In this document: positions 40,418-52,960 of the stretch, piece after piece
How the letters are laid out: every line of letters starts with the position of its first letter
Numbering within the stretch: the first letter of the stretch is position 1
NCBI RefSeq assembly: GCF_009914755.1
Contig: NC_060935.1
Length of the DNA: 64,000 bases
Source of the DNA: the human T2T-CHM13v2.0 reference genome, Homo sapiens
Direction: 5' to 3' (one strand)
Position numbers and translations under genes: made by a program
The notes under the pieces: model-generated
The model's input: the letters and a program-made list of their open reading frames with translations, nothing else
Told to the model about the DNA's origin: nothing
The model's database searches: none

Positions 40418-41603
40418 AAGATACTATCTTAGTTATATTTCACATTTAAGTTTATAATCCGCTTGAATATATTCTTGTATATCGCATGACAAGGGTCCAG
40501 TTTCATTTATTTCCACGTGGATATCCAGTGGACACTTCAACACTTATTTAAAAGACTACTTTTTCCCATGTTTTTCAGTTCTAACTTTGTCATATATTAA
40601 AAGTTGATTATGTGTGTCTTTCTGTTCTTTTTTCTTCTCCATGTCTTTCTTTTCTTGTGTCAATAATTAACTGTACCTTTTTAAGTGTTGATAATTGATA
40701 ACACAAATCTTCTAAATTTACACTTCTTTAAGACTGTATGGGTTTTTGGTCTTTTTCCTTTCCATATACATTTTATAATTAACTTCTATGACCCACCCCA
40801 TACACATACTCCTACTGGGATTTTAATTAGAATCTCAACAAATCTAAAAATCAATTTGCTCAGGATTAACATGTTTACAATATTGTATCTGTCAGTTCAA
40901 ACACATGAAACTCCCTGTTCTTTATTTAGGTCTTCTGCTATTTTCTCCCAATGTGTCGTAATTCTTTGTGAAAATATCTTACACATCATTTGTTAGATTC
41001 ATTGAAATACATTTAATATTTTCTCTTACTAAAAATTATGTCTTCGCAATTAAATTTCTAATTGTTGATTGCATATAGAAATTGAAATTTCATATGAAAC
41101 TTGTAAGTAAATTACTCTTTAATTCACTTAATTTTAATACTTGTTTAATAATTATATTTCTTTTATATACAGACCAATGGCGTTTTTGAATATTAAAAAG
41201 TTTTCATTTATTTCTCCTTTTACAATTATTTTGCCTTTTAGCTATTGATTTTTTAAATCTTAGTCATGGCTAGAATATGCTGTATCATAATACATAGAAA
41301 TGACAACAGTGAGCTTCTATGTTTTGTTGCTGACTCAAGGCAGGACATTTCAGAATTTTTTTAAGAATGACACTGGTTTTTATTGGTACCCAAAATAAAA
41401 ATTATAAAGTTTCCATCTATTGTTAGTTTCCCAATAGTTTCTATTATAAGTGAGAGTTAAATTTTAACAGTCTCATTTTTTAGCATCTGTTTAGATAATC
41501 ATAGCCTTTTTCTCCTTTATTCTGATAGTAGTATGAAGTACTTTATCTAGTTTTTAGGTGTTATAAGCAAATCTAGATTCCTAGAATAGGAATAAACTTC
41601 ATC

Positions 41604-41904
41604 TTTTTTTTTTTTTTTTTTTTTGAGATGGAGTCTCACTCTGTTGCCTAGGCTGGCGTGTGGTGGTGCTATCTTGGTTCACTGCAACCTCCTCCTCCTG
41701 GGTTCAAGCGATTCTCCTGCCTCAGCCTCCTGAGTAGCTGGGATTACAGGCACGCACCACCACGCCCAGCTAATTTTTGTAGTTTTAGTAGAGACGGAGT
41801 TTCACCATGTTGGTCAGGCTGGTCTCAAACTCCTGACCTTGTGATCTGCCCGCTTCAGCCCTCCAAAGTGCTGGGATTACAGGCATGAGCCACTGCACCT
41901 GGCC
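41604..41904 (-). mobile_element. AluS (Sg-like), full length, with 10-bp TSD
   Basis: Poly(T) ... cctggcc; TSD aaacttcatc at 41594-41603 and 41905-41914. Confidence 0.95.
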
Positions 41905-42029
41905 AAACTTCATCATTATTTTGGGGCATTCTCCTTTTACCTATGGGCAAACTTAGCTATTACTAATTTATTTAGACTTTTTGCATATACGTTCATGGGA
42001 TAGATTGCACATCTAATAACACAGACTAG

Positions 42030-42590
42030 TCATACAAGAAACAAAAACTGATAAAACTAAAAGAAGAAACAGGATAATAATTTCTTAATAAATGCAAAGT
42101 ATTCACAAAATTCATCATTCATTCCTGAGAAGCCTCAACAAACTATAAATAGAATTCAACATCCTCAACCTCATAAAGGGAATCTGTGAAAAATCTACAG
42201 ATAACTTACCTAATGGTGAAAGTCCAAATTACCCTCCTCCATCAAGGTCAATGATGTCTGCCCTCACCACTTCTATCTAACTTTGTACTGAAGGTTAGTT
42301 AATGCCAAAATTCAAGGAAATAAAAATAAATAGTATCCAGATTGTAAAGAAAGATATAAAGCTGATTTTATTCCCTGATGACTAAATCATCTATGTAATC
42401 ATAATAAATTTATAAAGAAAAGCTTTTACAAAGTTGCAAGATATGAGAACAATATACAGTGATTATACTTATGTATACAGTAATAAAAATCTGAAATTAC
42501 AATTTAAAAACCATACACTTTATAATATCATCAAATCATTATGTAGGGGTAATTATATGAAAATATACAAGATATATAAAAGTTTGTAGG
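42030..42590 (+). mobile_element. Old L1 ORF2 (RT region) fragment
   Basis: ctcaacctcataaagggaatctgtgaaaaatctacag...ctcaccacttctat...ttattccctgatgac. Confidence 0.7.
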
Positions 42591-42789
42591 CTAACTAATA
42601 ATGTGTCTTGCCCACTTCCTGTTTATTAAACACTGGATATGTTCCATATGAGTTTATATTTCTATATCAGAAAACATGGAGTTAATTTTTTTCTCACTCT
42701 CAGTGATAACATGAAGATTGAGATATTGCACATGAAAGTTACTAGTATGATATCACATAGTAGGAATTCAATATATGAAAATTGCTGCT

Positions 42790-43260
42790 TTAGATTTAGT
42801 CTCAGCAGGCCACAGAATTTCACTTAAAATAATTTATTTGGAAAAAAAATCAGTGAAGAAACAATTTGCAGAGTTGAGTGCAGGGTTTAGAGAGGTCAAT
42901 CTGGTGGTAAAAACGGGTATGGCTTTGAAGGGGCAAGAGGAGGAACAGTGCTTCTGGAGCTCAGTGACTTCTGTTACCATACAGGAGGAGATGGCCAACA
43001 AGAGGAACAGTTATGAAGTGATTTAGCACTGCTGGAACTGTGGTACTGATTCAAGCAAGGAGGCTCTGACATTTGTTTCCTCTTGTCTTCTGATAATTTG
43101 CTAGAGTCCTATTGGGTGAATCTGATCCGAAGCCAGAAGACAGGGAGGTATGGGTGATGCAGTTCTATAAGTCAACCCCTCAAAATATACGGCAGAAAAG
43201 AAAAGGACAGAGAGGACAGAAGATGAATCAATCAGGGAACATTAAAAGAAGATAACCTGT
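42790..43260. mobile_element. Degraded old MaLR (MLT1-type) LTR
   Basis: gaagccagaagacagggag...gatgcagttctataagtcaacc resembles an MLT1J-M segment. Confidence 0.4.
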
Positions 43261-43989
43261 ACAATTTCTTTCTTTTCTTTCCAGAAAGAAAGAGATACTA
43301 TGGGTGCCAATGTTCTCAGCTTCATTTGTCTTCAAGCCACCTGGCTCTGTCAAAGTTCAGTACCCTTCAATAATTTGGCCATGTCTGTTAGACAAATGAG
43401 GTTGCAAGCTTACTTAATGATACCAGTGGTATATTACCACTTAGAACGCATGCTAATTTTTCAACATTTGACATGAAGTAATTAAAATTCTATGGAGTAA
43501 CAGGACCTGTCCTAATTTTCTCATTTGTTATGAAATATTATTAAACAAAAGCAAGTATTTCATAGCAACCCGTCAATACAGGTAAGTGGTTTAACAGAAA
43601 ATTCCAGATGAATAAAATAACCCATTGTGCATGTTGTAAACTGATTGGTGCATTTGGCTAAGCTACACGAACGATATTTCACATTATTCTTTCCTGTGTG
43701 TGCATGGTCAAATAGGGGACTTTGCACAGGCAAGGCCCTTTTATCTAAAGGTGACTATTTGTCACCATTACTGATTATTGACACCTTATCTATCCTCCTC
43801 AGGTTGGCTCCAATAAAACTCCAATGTCGACTTTTCTGATTTCCCACCTAGAAAAAATAGTTGTTACTTATAGGTAAGCTTAATATTTTATTCCTCTTTT
43901 ACATTATTTTTCTTCCTATCAGTAATCGAGTCCTGTCAACCACACTCCTCTACTTTATGAACACTTTCATTTCCTTCCCTCCACCTTTG

Positions 43990-44645
43990 CCTTACTTTCT
44001 GTCAACACTATCTCTTTTCTGAACTCTGTAGTATATTCCTAACTCATCTTGAGTTTCCCATTCACATCTACCCAGCAGAGTGACTTTTCTAAAAACAGCA
44101 ATAGTAACAATAAACTCCTGTCATAAAACTTTCCTACTTAAAATCTTTTAGTTACTTTTTATTGACATAAAGGCCTATCTCATTAGAATGAGACCAAGAG
44201 CTCCTCAGGAGTCATCTCTTAACTTCCCAGCCTCACCTGCCACTTCTCAGAAGCTCTTGAATGCCACAATAGCATTTAGTTTTCTCAATTGGCCCAGTTC
44301 TTTCACAGCCCCGTGCCTTTGCTTACGGTGTTAACTGTACCCGGAAATCTCAACCCACAACCATGCCAACACCTAGGTCATTATCCTCACCATTTCCTTT
44401 GCATTCTTCTAGCTCAGTTCAAGCATTATCCAGTTCATGAGTCTTCCTGAATGCTCCTTTCTCACTCCATATTTTCCCAATCTGTGCATTAAAAGCATAT
44501 GATTTTCTGTCCCAGATTATAGATAGATGCCAGATATTGAGCATCTTTGAAGGTCAAAATTATATCTATTCTCCTTTCTATCTCCAGCACTCATCACATT
44601 GTCTGTCATCTGTGGATGCTCAGTAAATGCCTCCTGGAACAAAAG
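43990..44645 (+). mobile_element. L2 LINE 3' region
   Basis: cagcagagtgacttttctaaaa...gtgcctttgc...atgctcagtaaatg. Confidence 0.65.
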
Positions 44646-44713
44646 TAGAATTGAATTCATGGATTCAGTCTATCTAATAATTGAATTTTATTTGCTCTGC
44701 CAAGTGTATGGCA

Positions 44714-45131
44714 TAACAAAGGCCCTCTCTTTGAACAAACTTCAGTCAGGCCCATCTATGCCCTTTTCTCAACTAGGCTTCTTCCTTGGGCCTTGTTCTC
44801 AGGCTCGTATAGCCAAGTTCTAGTAAGACTCCTGTTAAGTCAGTCTATTGGGAATCTCCACCCTTGATATTTTAGGCCTGCCTTCAGGAAGAACCTCGAG
44901 TGAAGTCAGTTTATCAAGACTTCCTCCTATCATTGATGTTTCCTGTTAGTAATTTTCCATCTACTAAACTCCTCCACCTCTCAAATCAACTCCTTGGTTA
45001 TAAATACCTACTTGTCCTTGCTATATTTAAAACTGATTTCAGTCTTATATAGGGAGGTCTCTTTTCCTCTGTTGCAAAAGTTTTTGAATAAAATTTGTGT
45101 TATTACTTTCCAGTTCCCGTTTTCTTTAACA
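44714..45131 (+). mobile_element. MER31-type ERV1 solo LTR
   Basis: acaaaggccctctctttgaacaaacttcagtcagg...gtaattttccatc...ttggttataaat...aataaa...tttctttaaca. Confidence 0.8.
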
Positions 45132-46059
45132 CTTAGAATTTTGAGTCTCTAAAATGATATTGTTTGATTATATAAGCTTCTTCAATCTGGCTTAACTCAT
45201 TTTATGGCATAATCTATGAGCATTAAAATAATTTAAGTTAGTAAGCATTACTCTGGTTCTTTAGTATATCCATGTAACCCCAAACTGTACTTTTGTGAGT
45301 GGTATTTCCTCTTGCTGAATCATCTAATTATGTTATAGTCAAGAAACCAGTATGGCATGGTAACAAAGAACAGCTAAGTTGTCTGGGACTGACATGAAAA
45401 TGATATTTATGGGTCACTTCTTGGCCTCCTGTGTGCTGGGCACCAGGTTAAAAATTTAGGATACAATATTAAACTACACAGACAAATTTCACAGCTTTAA
45501 TGAGAGAGATGAGGGCATAGATAATATAACCAAAAATGATAAGCTCAGACTACAATTTGTCTATGGAAAAACTAAGCAGGGTGATAGGATAGAAAATATT
45601 AGGGGAGGGCTATGTTAGTGGGGCTTATCAAAAGAGATGGCTAGTGTATTTAACTAGCAATAAAAAAGGCCTAGTAATTGTCCTGAAATTCATGGTGAAT
45701 TCAGTTGAAATGTTTTATTGCTGAATGTATATTGCCCTGTACAGCGTGCTAAAATGGTTGAATTCATTTTAAGATACAACTCAAAGTAGAATTCCTTGAT
45801 TCATTCAGACATTTTTGAATATTTGAGTAAATAAGTTATGGTTTTCCTCCCATGAAACTTAAAATCTACTAGAAGAGATATGATACAAATAATTGTACAA
45901 ATAATAATTTATTTACAAATAAAAATTTAAAAGCTTTATCATGTCCCAGTGTTTAAAATTAATGAGTCCTACACTGCTATCTTCAATTTAAAAGCTAATA
46001 ATCACAGCTTTACTAAAATGAGAAAAAAGAAAACATGATGGGAACGTGGTATGTATCAT

Positions 46060-46260
46060 ACACTGTGTACAGATGCTTTAACACATGCTATTTCATTTGT
46101 TTTCACAATAATACTGTGGATTTGGTGGTATCATCCAAACAATTTTTATTTGAAGTAACCACTGCTGAGAAGGGATAAGGAACATGACCTGGATCACATA
46201 ACTGTGTGTCAGAGGCAATATTCAAACTCAATTCTGTCTAATCCAAGACTCTTCTCACTT
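46060..46260 (-). mobile_element. MIR SINE
   Basis: atgctttaacacatgctatttcattt...gatcacataact...attcaaactcaattctgtctaatccaag. Confidence 0.6.
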
Positions 46261-47254
46261 CTTACTTGAAGTACATTCTACTCCAAATAGCAGAAAAACA
46301 AGACAATAACAAATTTAAAAAGAAAACCCCTAATTTACTTATTTGTGTGAATAAATGAGGCATTTGAAATTCCAAACTTCCACTTTAGTTTTATCTAGCT
46401 TCCACTGAGGGATTCAGATAGATTAGAATTTACAGTTTCTTATACAACAACAAAAACTACAACCTACAAATTATTTAGGTACAACCTAAATTTTCCTGGT
46501 AAAACCAAAGATAAGTAGATATTATTGTTATTATTTCCATTTAATTGAAAAAGAATCAAGCCCAGGAATGATGAAATGACTTGTCCAGAATCACACAGCT
46601 AATATATGCTGACACCTACACAGACATCTAGAATCTAAAGGCACTGTACTTTATCCAATATGTTCTATAATTTTTCATTGTGTAATGTCTAAATTTCTAA
46701 CATTTTAAATTTTTATTTATCAGCAAAATGCATGTTTTAAGAATATATTTTGTTTCATTATTAGGTATAAAGTACTTTTTGGTTTTTAAAAAAATTTCTA
46801 CTGTAAAGCAAGAGATCCTGAAGCTCATATAACAGTTGTTATCCTTAAAATATGCAATGACTTCCAAGTTATCTTGCCAAATGAGTTCAGCAACAAACGC
46901 CCTGATGGTCATAACATTAATATAATCATAAAAGTACCATTACATTAATTAGAACTTTGTAAATGCTGTAATTAAGATATTCTGTGACAGCTGTCTTTCC
47001 TGTCCCTGAGCGTTCCTAAGAAATCTCCTAACACCACTTATTTCTGAACCATCATCTGCCTAGAGCTGGGAGAAGCCATCTGTTAGTATATTTGAAATGT
47101 TAAGTGACAAAGGGGTTTCAAACTATTATATCCCTCAGAATCCTTTTTTAGGGAGAAAAAGAAGCAGCACTTGGAAACCATTTCTCGGTGATTTTTTAGC
47201 TAGACCTAGCAGGGAAAAAAACTAGATTTATTTTTAATCTTGCATCAGTGTTAA

Positions 47255-47480
47255 GTGGTGGAAAAAGTCTGGGATTTGGAGTGAGGTAGATCTGACCTGA
47301 TTGTTAACAGTATGACCAAAGACAAGTTACTCAGCCTTTCTGAGCCTCAGTTTCTTCATCTTCATGATGGAGAAATATCATAAATGAGGACGTCATGCCT
47401 ACTTTTCATTATTGTTGAGAAAATAAAAGGATACATTTCAGGTGTAATGCCTTATAAAGTTTCTACCAAAGGCTAATTTT
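47255..47480 (+). mobile_element. MIR SINE
   Basis: gacaagttactcagcctttctgagcctcagtttcttcatc. Confidence 0.7.
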
Positions 47481-47723
47481 ATTTTAAAGTACCATCAGAA
47501 TGACCTTAAAGAAGATATAGTGCTTGACTTTTTCCAGCTATTTTATGCAGCTTTGGAAAATGTGTTTGTCTTCAAAACTACTTCTCAGGTCCTCAGGTCA
47601 CATTATACTTATTTTTATTAAACCCAAGAGGTAGCAGAGAGGGTTTTACTTAATATGCAATAAAGAGGAATTCAGTATCTACTATAATCCACAATTTCTG
47701 ATTTTAAGCAAATCACTTTACTC

Positions 47724-48277
47724 TGATACTGGTGGGCTGGGGGAGGTCTCCAAATGCCAGTAGGACATTGACATTGTAGCGAGAAGGAGTTCAAAAATGA
47801 GACAGAAAATAGTGAAAGTAAGGAGATTTATTGCAAAGTGAAAAGTACTCACTCAAGAAAGGGGAGTGTGGGTGTACTCAAAATAAAGTCACATGCAAGG
47901 GGATTTGGGGCTGCTACCTTTATGGGTTTCTTTAACTGAGGGGTGGAATATTCATGGAGACTCCTGGGAAAAGGTGGAGATTTCTCAGAACTGTGATGCC
48001 GCCCATTTTTACACCAAATATGGCTGTTCTTGGAACCGTCATGGTACCGGTAGGTGTGTGATTAATATGCTAATGACCATATAAAGGGGTCCAAGATAAA
48101 AACAAAGTCAAATCCAGTACTGTGTTGTGTCCAGTAGTTCTTAACCAGCTTGGTCCACACCACGTTTTTGAGGGTCTTTTCAGCCCCTACCTTCTGCAGC
48201 TTTTCAAAGTTTCTTTTTGCTAGTCATGTGAAACTGCTGCCTGGAATTTTTTATTCTCCTGTGACCACCCTGTTTCA
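47724..48277 (-). mobile_element. ERV1-class solo LTR (MER66/LTR19-like)
   Basis: tgatactggtgggctgggggaggt...gatttattgcaaag (AATAAA on the - strand)...tagtcatgtgaaactgctgcctggaatttt...tgtttca. Confidence 0.75.
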
Positions 48278-48945
48278 ATTGGACTTCAACTAGAAAATGA
48301 TGGAAAAATTAGGGACGATGTATAGTTTTACTGTTAGAAAAATAAACTGAAATAGCAATACTATTTAGATCACATTTTTTAAGTAGCTCATTTTTTAATT
48401 ATTTAATCTCATCTTGGATTTTTTTATTATTCATGTTGTTATTATGAATTTTGATGAGTCAGTACTGTTCACACTCAGTTAATTTCTATTGAACTTTAAT
48501 TTTCCTAGCAGTTCTATGGAGTAGATATTATTATCAAAACCATTTTTGGAGATAAGGAGGCTAAGTCGTGGGCTAAGTGACTTGCTCAGTATCACACAAT
48601 TCTAAGTGACAGAGCCTAGACAAAATTATAAAACTAACTCACACCAAAGTGCATGATTTTAATATTTTCTGCTAGTGCTTTGCAACTTGCAAAATTCTAT
48701 GGAAGTGGAAAACATTTGTTTTACAAGAGAAAGGACCAGTGAGCTCATTGGCACTTTTTACCTCTGCGTGGCATAGAAAAGCAATTCTTATTGTTAAGGA
48801 AAACAGTAAACATTTAAATGAGACTTACTATGTGCTTTACATAATTAACTCACTTAATCCTGCCAACACTATGAGATAGTGACTTATTTTTCTTATTATA
48901 TATAAGAGTAAACTAAGGCAGGGAAAGTCTACCTCCTGGAGGTTG

Positions 48946-49296
48946 TGTTAGAGTAGGTAGCTAGGCAGACATAATCAAGGAAAGCAGGGAAGGAGAGGCC
49001 CCCTGCCCCAAAAATGTCAGGCAACCATCAGGTAATTGTCAGGCAATTATTAAACTGTCTCTATAAAATAATAATTGTCACAGCTGGCACCAGGAAAAGC
49101 AGTCTTCAATAGAAAAAACCTGAAGTTGGTGATCAGCACTTCCCAGTAAGATCTCAGGAGTTTGGCAAGTGGGCCCCAGCATGCACACTGAGAGGCAAAA
49201 GGGTGGAGTTTAACCAATATATGAAATTCTTCTAGGAACACTTGACTGGTAATGGAAAAACACCTCATATGAGCATGCATACAACTTCAGTAAACA
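48946..49296 (+). mobile_element. MER50 LTR, 5' half only
   Basis: tgttagagtaggtagctaggcagac...aagatctcaggag...caacttcagtaaaca, then homology stops abruptly. Confidence 0.85.
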
Positions 49297-49479
49297 GTAG
49301 CCTAATATTCATCTGTCTACTTGAGAAAATGAGATTTGATCAGCACAAAAATAAGGTAAGGACAATCTACACAATTTATATTCTACCAAACCTAGATCCA
49401 TAGAGATTTCTCTGGGGACTGTAAGCACTTGTTTTTTCTTGAACAATATGAGATTAATAGGAAAAATGGAGAAATAAGG

Positions 49480-49990
49480 TAAAATTAAATATTATCTTAC
49501 AGGTTAGGAAGGGAAAGCAAGCCATTGTAAATTCTGGATTACAACTAGAGAAACACATACAAATCCACAATGAAATAAGCGGCTGAGGAGAAAATTCAAC
49601 AATTTAAGATGAAAGGAAAGAAGAATGAGATGAAAAAGATGAATGAAAAAGTTTTAAAAAGTCAAAATCAAATAACAAAATTAAAAATGGCATTAAAGGT
49701 AGTAAATATCAAAGGAAACTTGGTGGGGAATTGAATCAGAATGTAGAGGACAAATCTAATAAGTTTCTGAGTTAAATATTAAAATACAAAAATAATAAGA
49801 GAATAATTTGAAACACTGAAAATTGAAATCCAACGTAAGATTTATTACTTATTCTGTGGTAGAAACCAGACTAATTACAATAGAAACAATAGTTTAAAAT
49901 AGAATAAAATAATACTTTCTTGAACTTAACAAAGATTCATGGATATAAAATGAAAGGGCTTCCCAAATTTTAAATAAACCTAAGTGTTCT
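49480..49990 (+). mobile_element. Very old L1 ORF1/HAL1-like fragment
   Basis: A-rich with ORF1-like motifs: aatcagaatgtagaggacaaa, aaatccaacgtaag, tttcttgaact. Confidence 0.4.
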
Positions 49991-51119
49991 TTGTATTAAT
50001 TATAGACATTACAGGCAGCTATATTGCTCAAGTTCAATGGGGTGTAAGTATTTCAGGACCATATTGGCATAATCTGTAATCTAAAATGAGTGAACATGGA
50101 CGGGGGGAGAAGATAAAAATGACATGATCCAGAAAATTAGACCACTTGATTTTAACCAGACCTAGGTGATAATTATGTGTTTATCTTTGAAAAAAAAAAC
50201 ATATATGTATACCCTGAACACACTCTCACAAAGATCCCGAGTCTGTGATCAGGCTCTCATTCAGGCAGGTGGTCCATCAATACAGCTGAGTTTTTGATAC
50301 ACACCCTTGGTTAGGAACTACCAATTAAGACAATGCTAATAGTGGTTCTAATTGGAGGTCTGTGTCAGGTGTTCTATGTTGATTATCTTTTATCAAATTT
50401 ATGACTGCCCATTACATAGTAATCACTGTTATTTTACAGATAAAAAAGCCACCCCTCAGTGAGGTGAAATATTTCTGATAGTATATACAAAGACTTTTCC
50501 TTGTGCAATGCACTCAATACCCATTCAAAGTAGATATTATCCCTTCCCCTTTGCAAATAACAGATGAAGTGAAATGTCCAACGTCATAAAGCCAACAGAT
50601 ATTGGATCCAGTACTCAGAGTTTTTGACATTTAATTACATCCACAATATCAAAATCAGAATTTAAACTGATGTCCATCTGACTCCACAAATGTTACCCTA
50701 TTCAACTAACAATTCAGGAAGTGAGGAGGATATCTTGAAGTTTGATTAAGTATGGGCAGCCCAAAGGACTGTGTAAATTTTTTCAGTATGCCAAAGAATG
50801 GAGTTGCAGACTAACTTTTTATGTTTCCTTGTTTTTTATATTTATAGGTGTATGTACCTTATTTTGTCCCCTAGTCCTCAAACTTCAAATTACTTTCTAT
50901 AATTCTATTTATCTCCTTATTGCATATCAACCAGAGAACTAGATGTAGGAAATATCATTCTAAAGATTCTCCTTATATTATAAAGTAACTGTAAGGAATG
51001 GTTTTTATTTATACTTCAGTGAACTGAGTGGTTCCCAATGAGTCATTAAGTCTGAATGTGGTGAGTATGTGCCAGAAAGCTCCTTAAATATTTAAACGAT
51101 AATAGAAACAGTAGATGGT

Positions 51120-51280
51120 GGTACAGCATAGTATATTGGAAAAATGTGCTGGAGGTGGTTTCAGAAGACTCTGAGTTTTTGTCTCAGGACTTACTAGCTG
51201 CATAAATTTAGCTGAGCATCTTTGCTCTTTGAGTTTCTTCGTTTATAAAGTGGTATGATAATAACTAGCTCACATGTTTG
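51120..51280 (+). mobile_element. MIR fragment
   Basis: gtacagcatagt...acttactagctg...gagtttcttcgtttataaagtgg. Confidence 0.6.
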
Positions 51281-52709
51281 GTTTCACCGAGACTAACAGT
51301 GAGCTATAAAAGCCATCTAATTCTCTTTTTCAATCGATTGTTTGGGGAATATCCACACTGAGCCACAATGTCATATATAATTAACTGACTTAATTCACTA
51401 TTCATTTACCTGGTTCAATTTGCCTTTGGCTTCATTATGCCTTTCCTGTCATGAGGATGCCCCTTATGTACAATATGTTGAGCTAAACAATTTATCTGTA
51501 AATTGTTCCTAAGTTTTAAAAAGTGGTCTTTATTAAGAAGATCTACTTAACATTGAGCTCAATCCTATACTGGGCACCATAAAATGTGTTTTCTCTGGAA
51601 ACAGGAATTGGAAGTTTGTCTCTAGCATTCCTACAAGACTTATGAGAATTTCAGTTTTCACTGCCGTAAGAAGATCTTAAAGATGATCCAGACAATATCT
51701 TTATTTTTCAAAAATGACAATAGTACAAATAAAAGTAAAGTCACTTAACCTAAGTCATATACTTATTGGTAGATCATGAAATTCAACTAATATCTCCTCT
51801 TTAGACTATTGCTCATTGTGTTTATCCATGCTGCTAGAGCTGAACTCAAACAGTAAAAAATGACAAGCCATAATGCAGCTTATTTGAAAGCCCTGCTCTT
51901 CTTCAATTTTGTTACTGATTTTAGAGTTTCTGAATCACTCAAGTACAAAAATACAAACTTCTTGAATCCACTCCAGAATGTCTCTAAGAGTCATCAAACT
52001 CACAGGCTTGCAAGTTTTTATAGGCTTACCATAATCTTAAATTATATCGTTTATCAACCTTCCCAGGGACTTAGGGAATTGTGTTGAGTGAATACAATTG
52101 CATTTATAATTCAGACATCTTGAGCATCAATTATATTTTCTCTTGCTTCCACCAATCATTGCTCAATTTTTAATAACTCATTGGACATTGATCAATTTCA
52201 AGGCCATTCACCTTGAGTAATTGGGCAGGTGCCATCAGATTTCTGAATTCTATAAACAAAAAATGGCTTATGTTTTAGCATGTAAAATGTTTTTGAAAGA
52301 AAGGGCAAATGGGGTACTGCTTCCAAACATTCAAACATATATAAATACTCCCAAACTGGTGAGTTACACATTTCAATGCAAGGTGTTTTCTACTTTGATT
52401 TTTTGGGTTCTGAGTACATGCTCTCATCACGAGTTTTAGCGTTTTTGATAGGACCAATCTAAAACCCCATAATCTCTTATTTCAGCCCAATGCTTTTTAT
52501 AACAACGCCAATGTTTAACCATGAGTTTAAGCAATTAATGATGTCAATTTCAATAGGAATATTGATTTTTACTCAAAAGTCATAAGTAGTAGGTTATGGA
52601 TAATGAGAAAATCAGAGGGTCCCTATTTCTTGCTCAGCAGCTGCAAATGTATGTTTATTATATTGGTCATCATTTATTGAAAGTCTACAATATGGTTTAA
52701 CCACATCAT

Positions 52710-52960
52710 ATGTTGGTTAGAGCTATTGGTTGTGAAGTCACTTGGCCCTAGGCTCCCAACCTGATTCTACTGATTACTTGCTGTGTATATCCGGTTAAGT
52801 CTGTTAACCATTGCAAATATCTATTTTTTAAACTCTATAAAACCTGATTAATATCAATTTCATGGGGCTGTTGTGAAGAATCAAGTATGTAAGACACTAT
52901 GCTCAGGTTTTGATAAATTATAAGATCATAATACATGCTAGATATTAGTTTTCTTATTGT
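52710..52960 (+). mobile_element. MIR SINE
   Basis: ttacttgctgtgta...catggggctgttgtgaagaatcaa. Confidence 0.6.

Larger units (their letters stand above)
32500..42000 (-). mobile_element. Ancient L1M (L1ME-like) in pieces at ~32500-33016, 33256-33550, 34146-34396, 40431-41603 and 41905-42000
   Basis: Collinear antisense L1 3' UTR/ORF2 sequence (tagttttaatttgcatttct; gggattttaattagaat...) resumes after each younger insertion. Confidence 0.7.
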
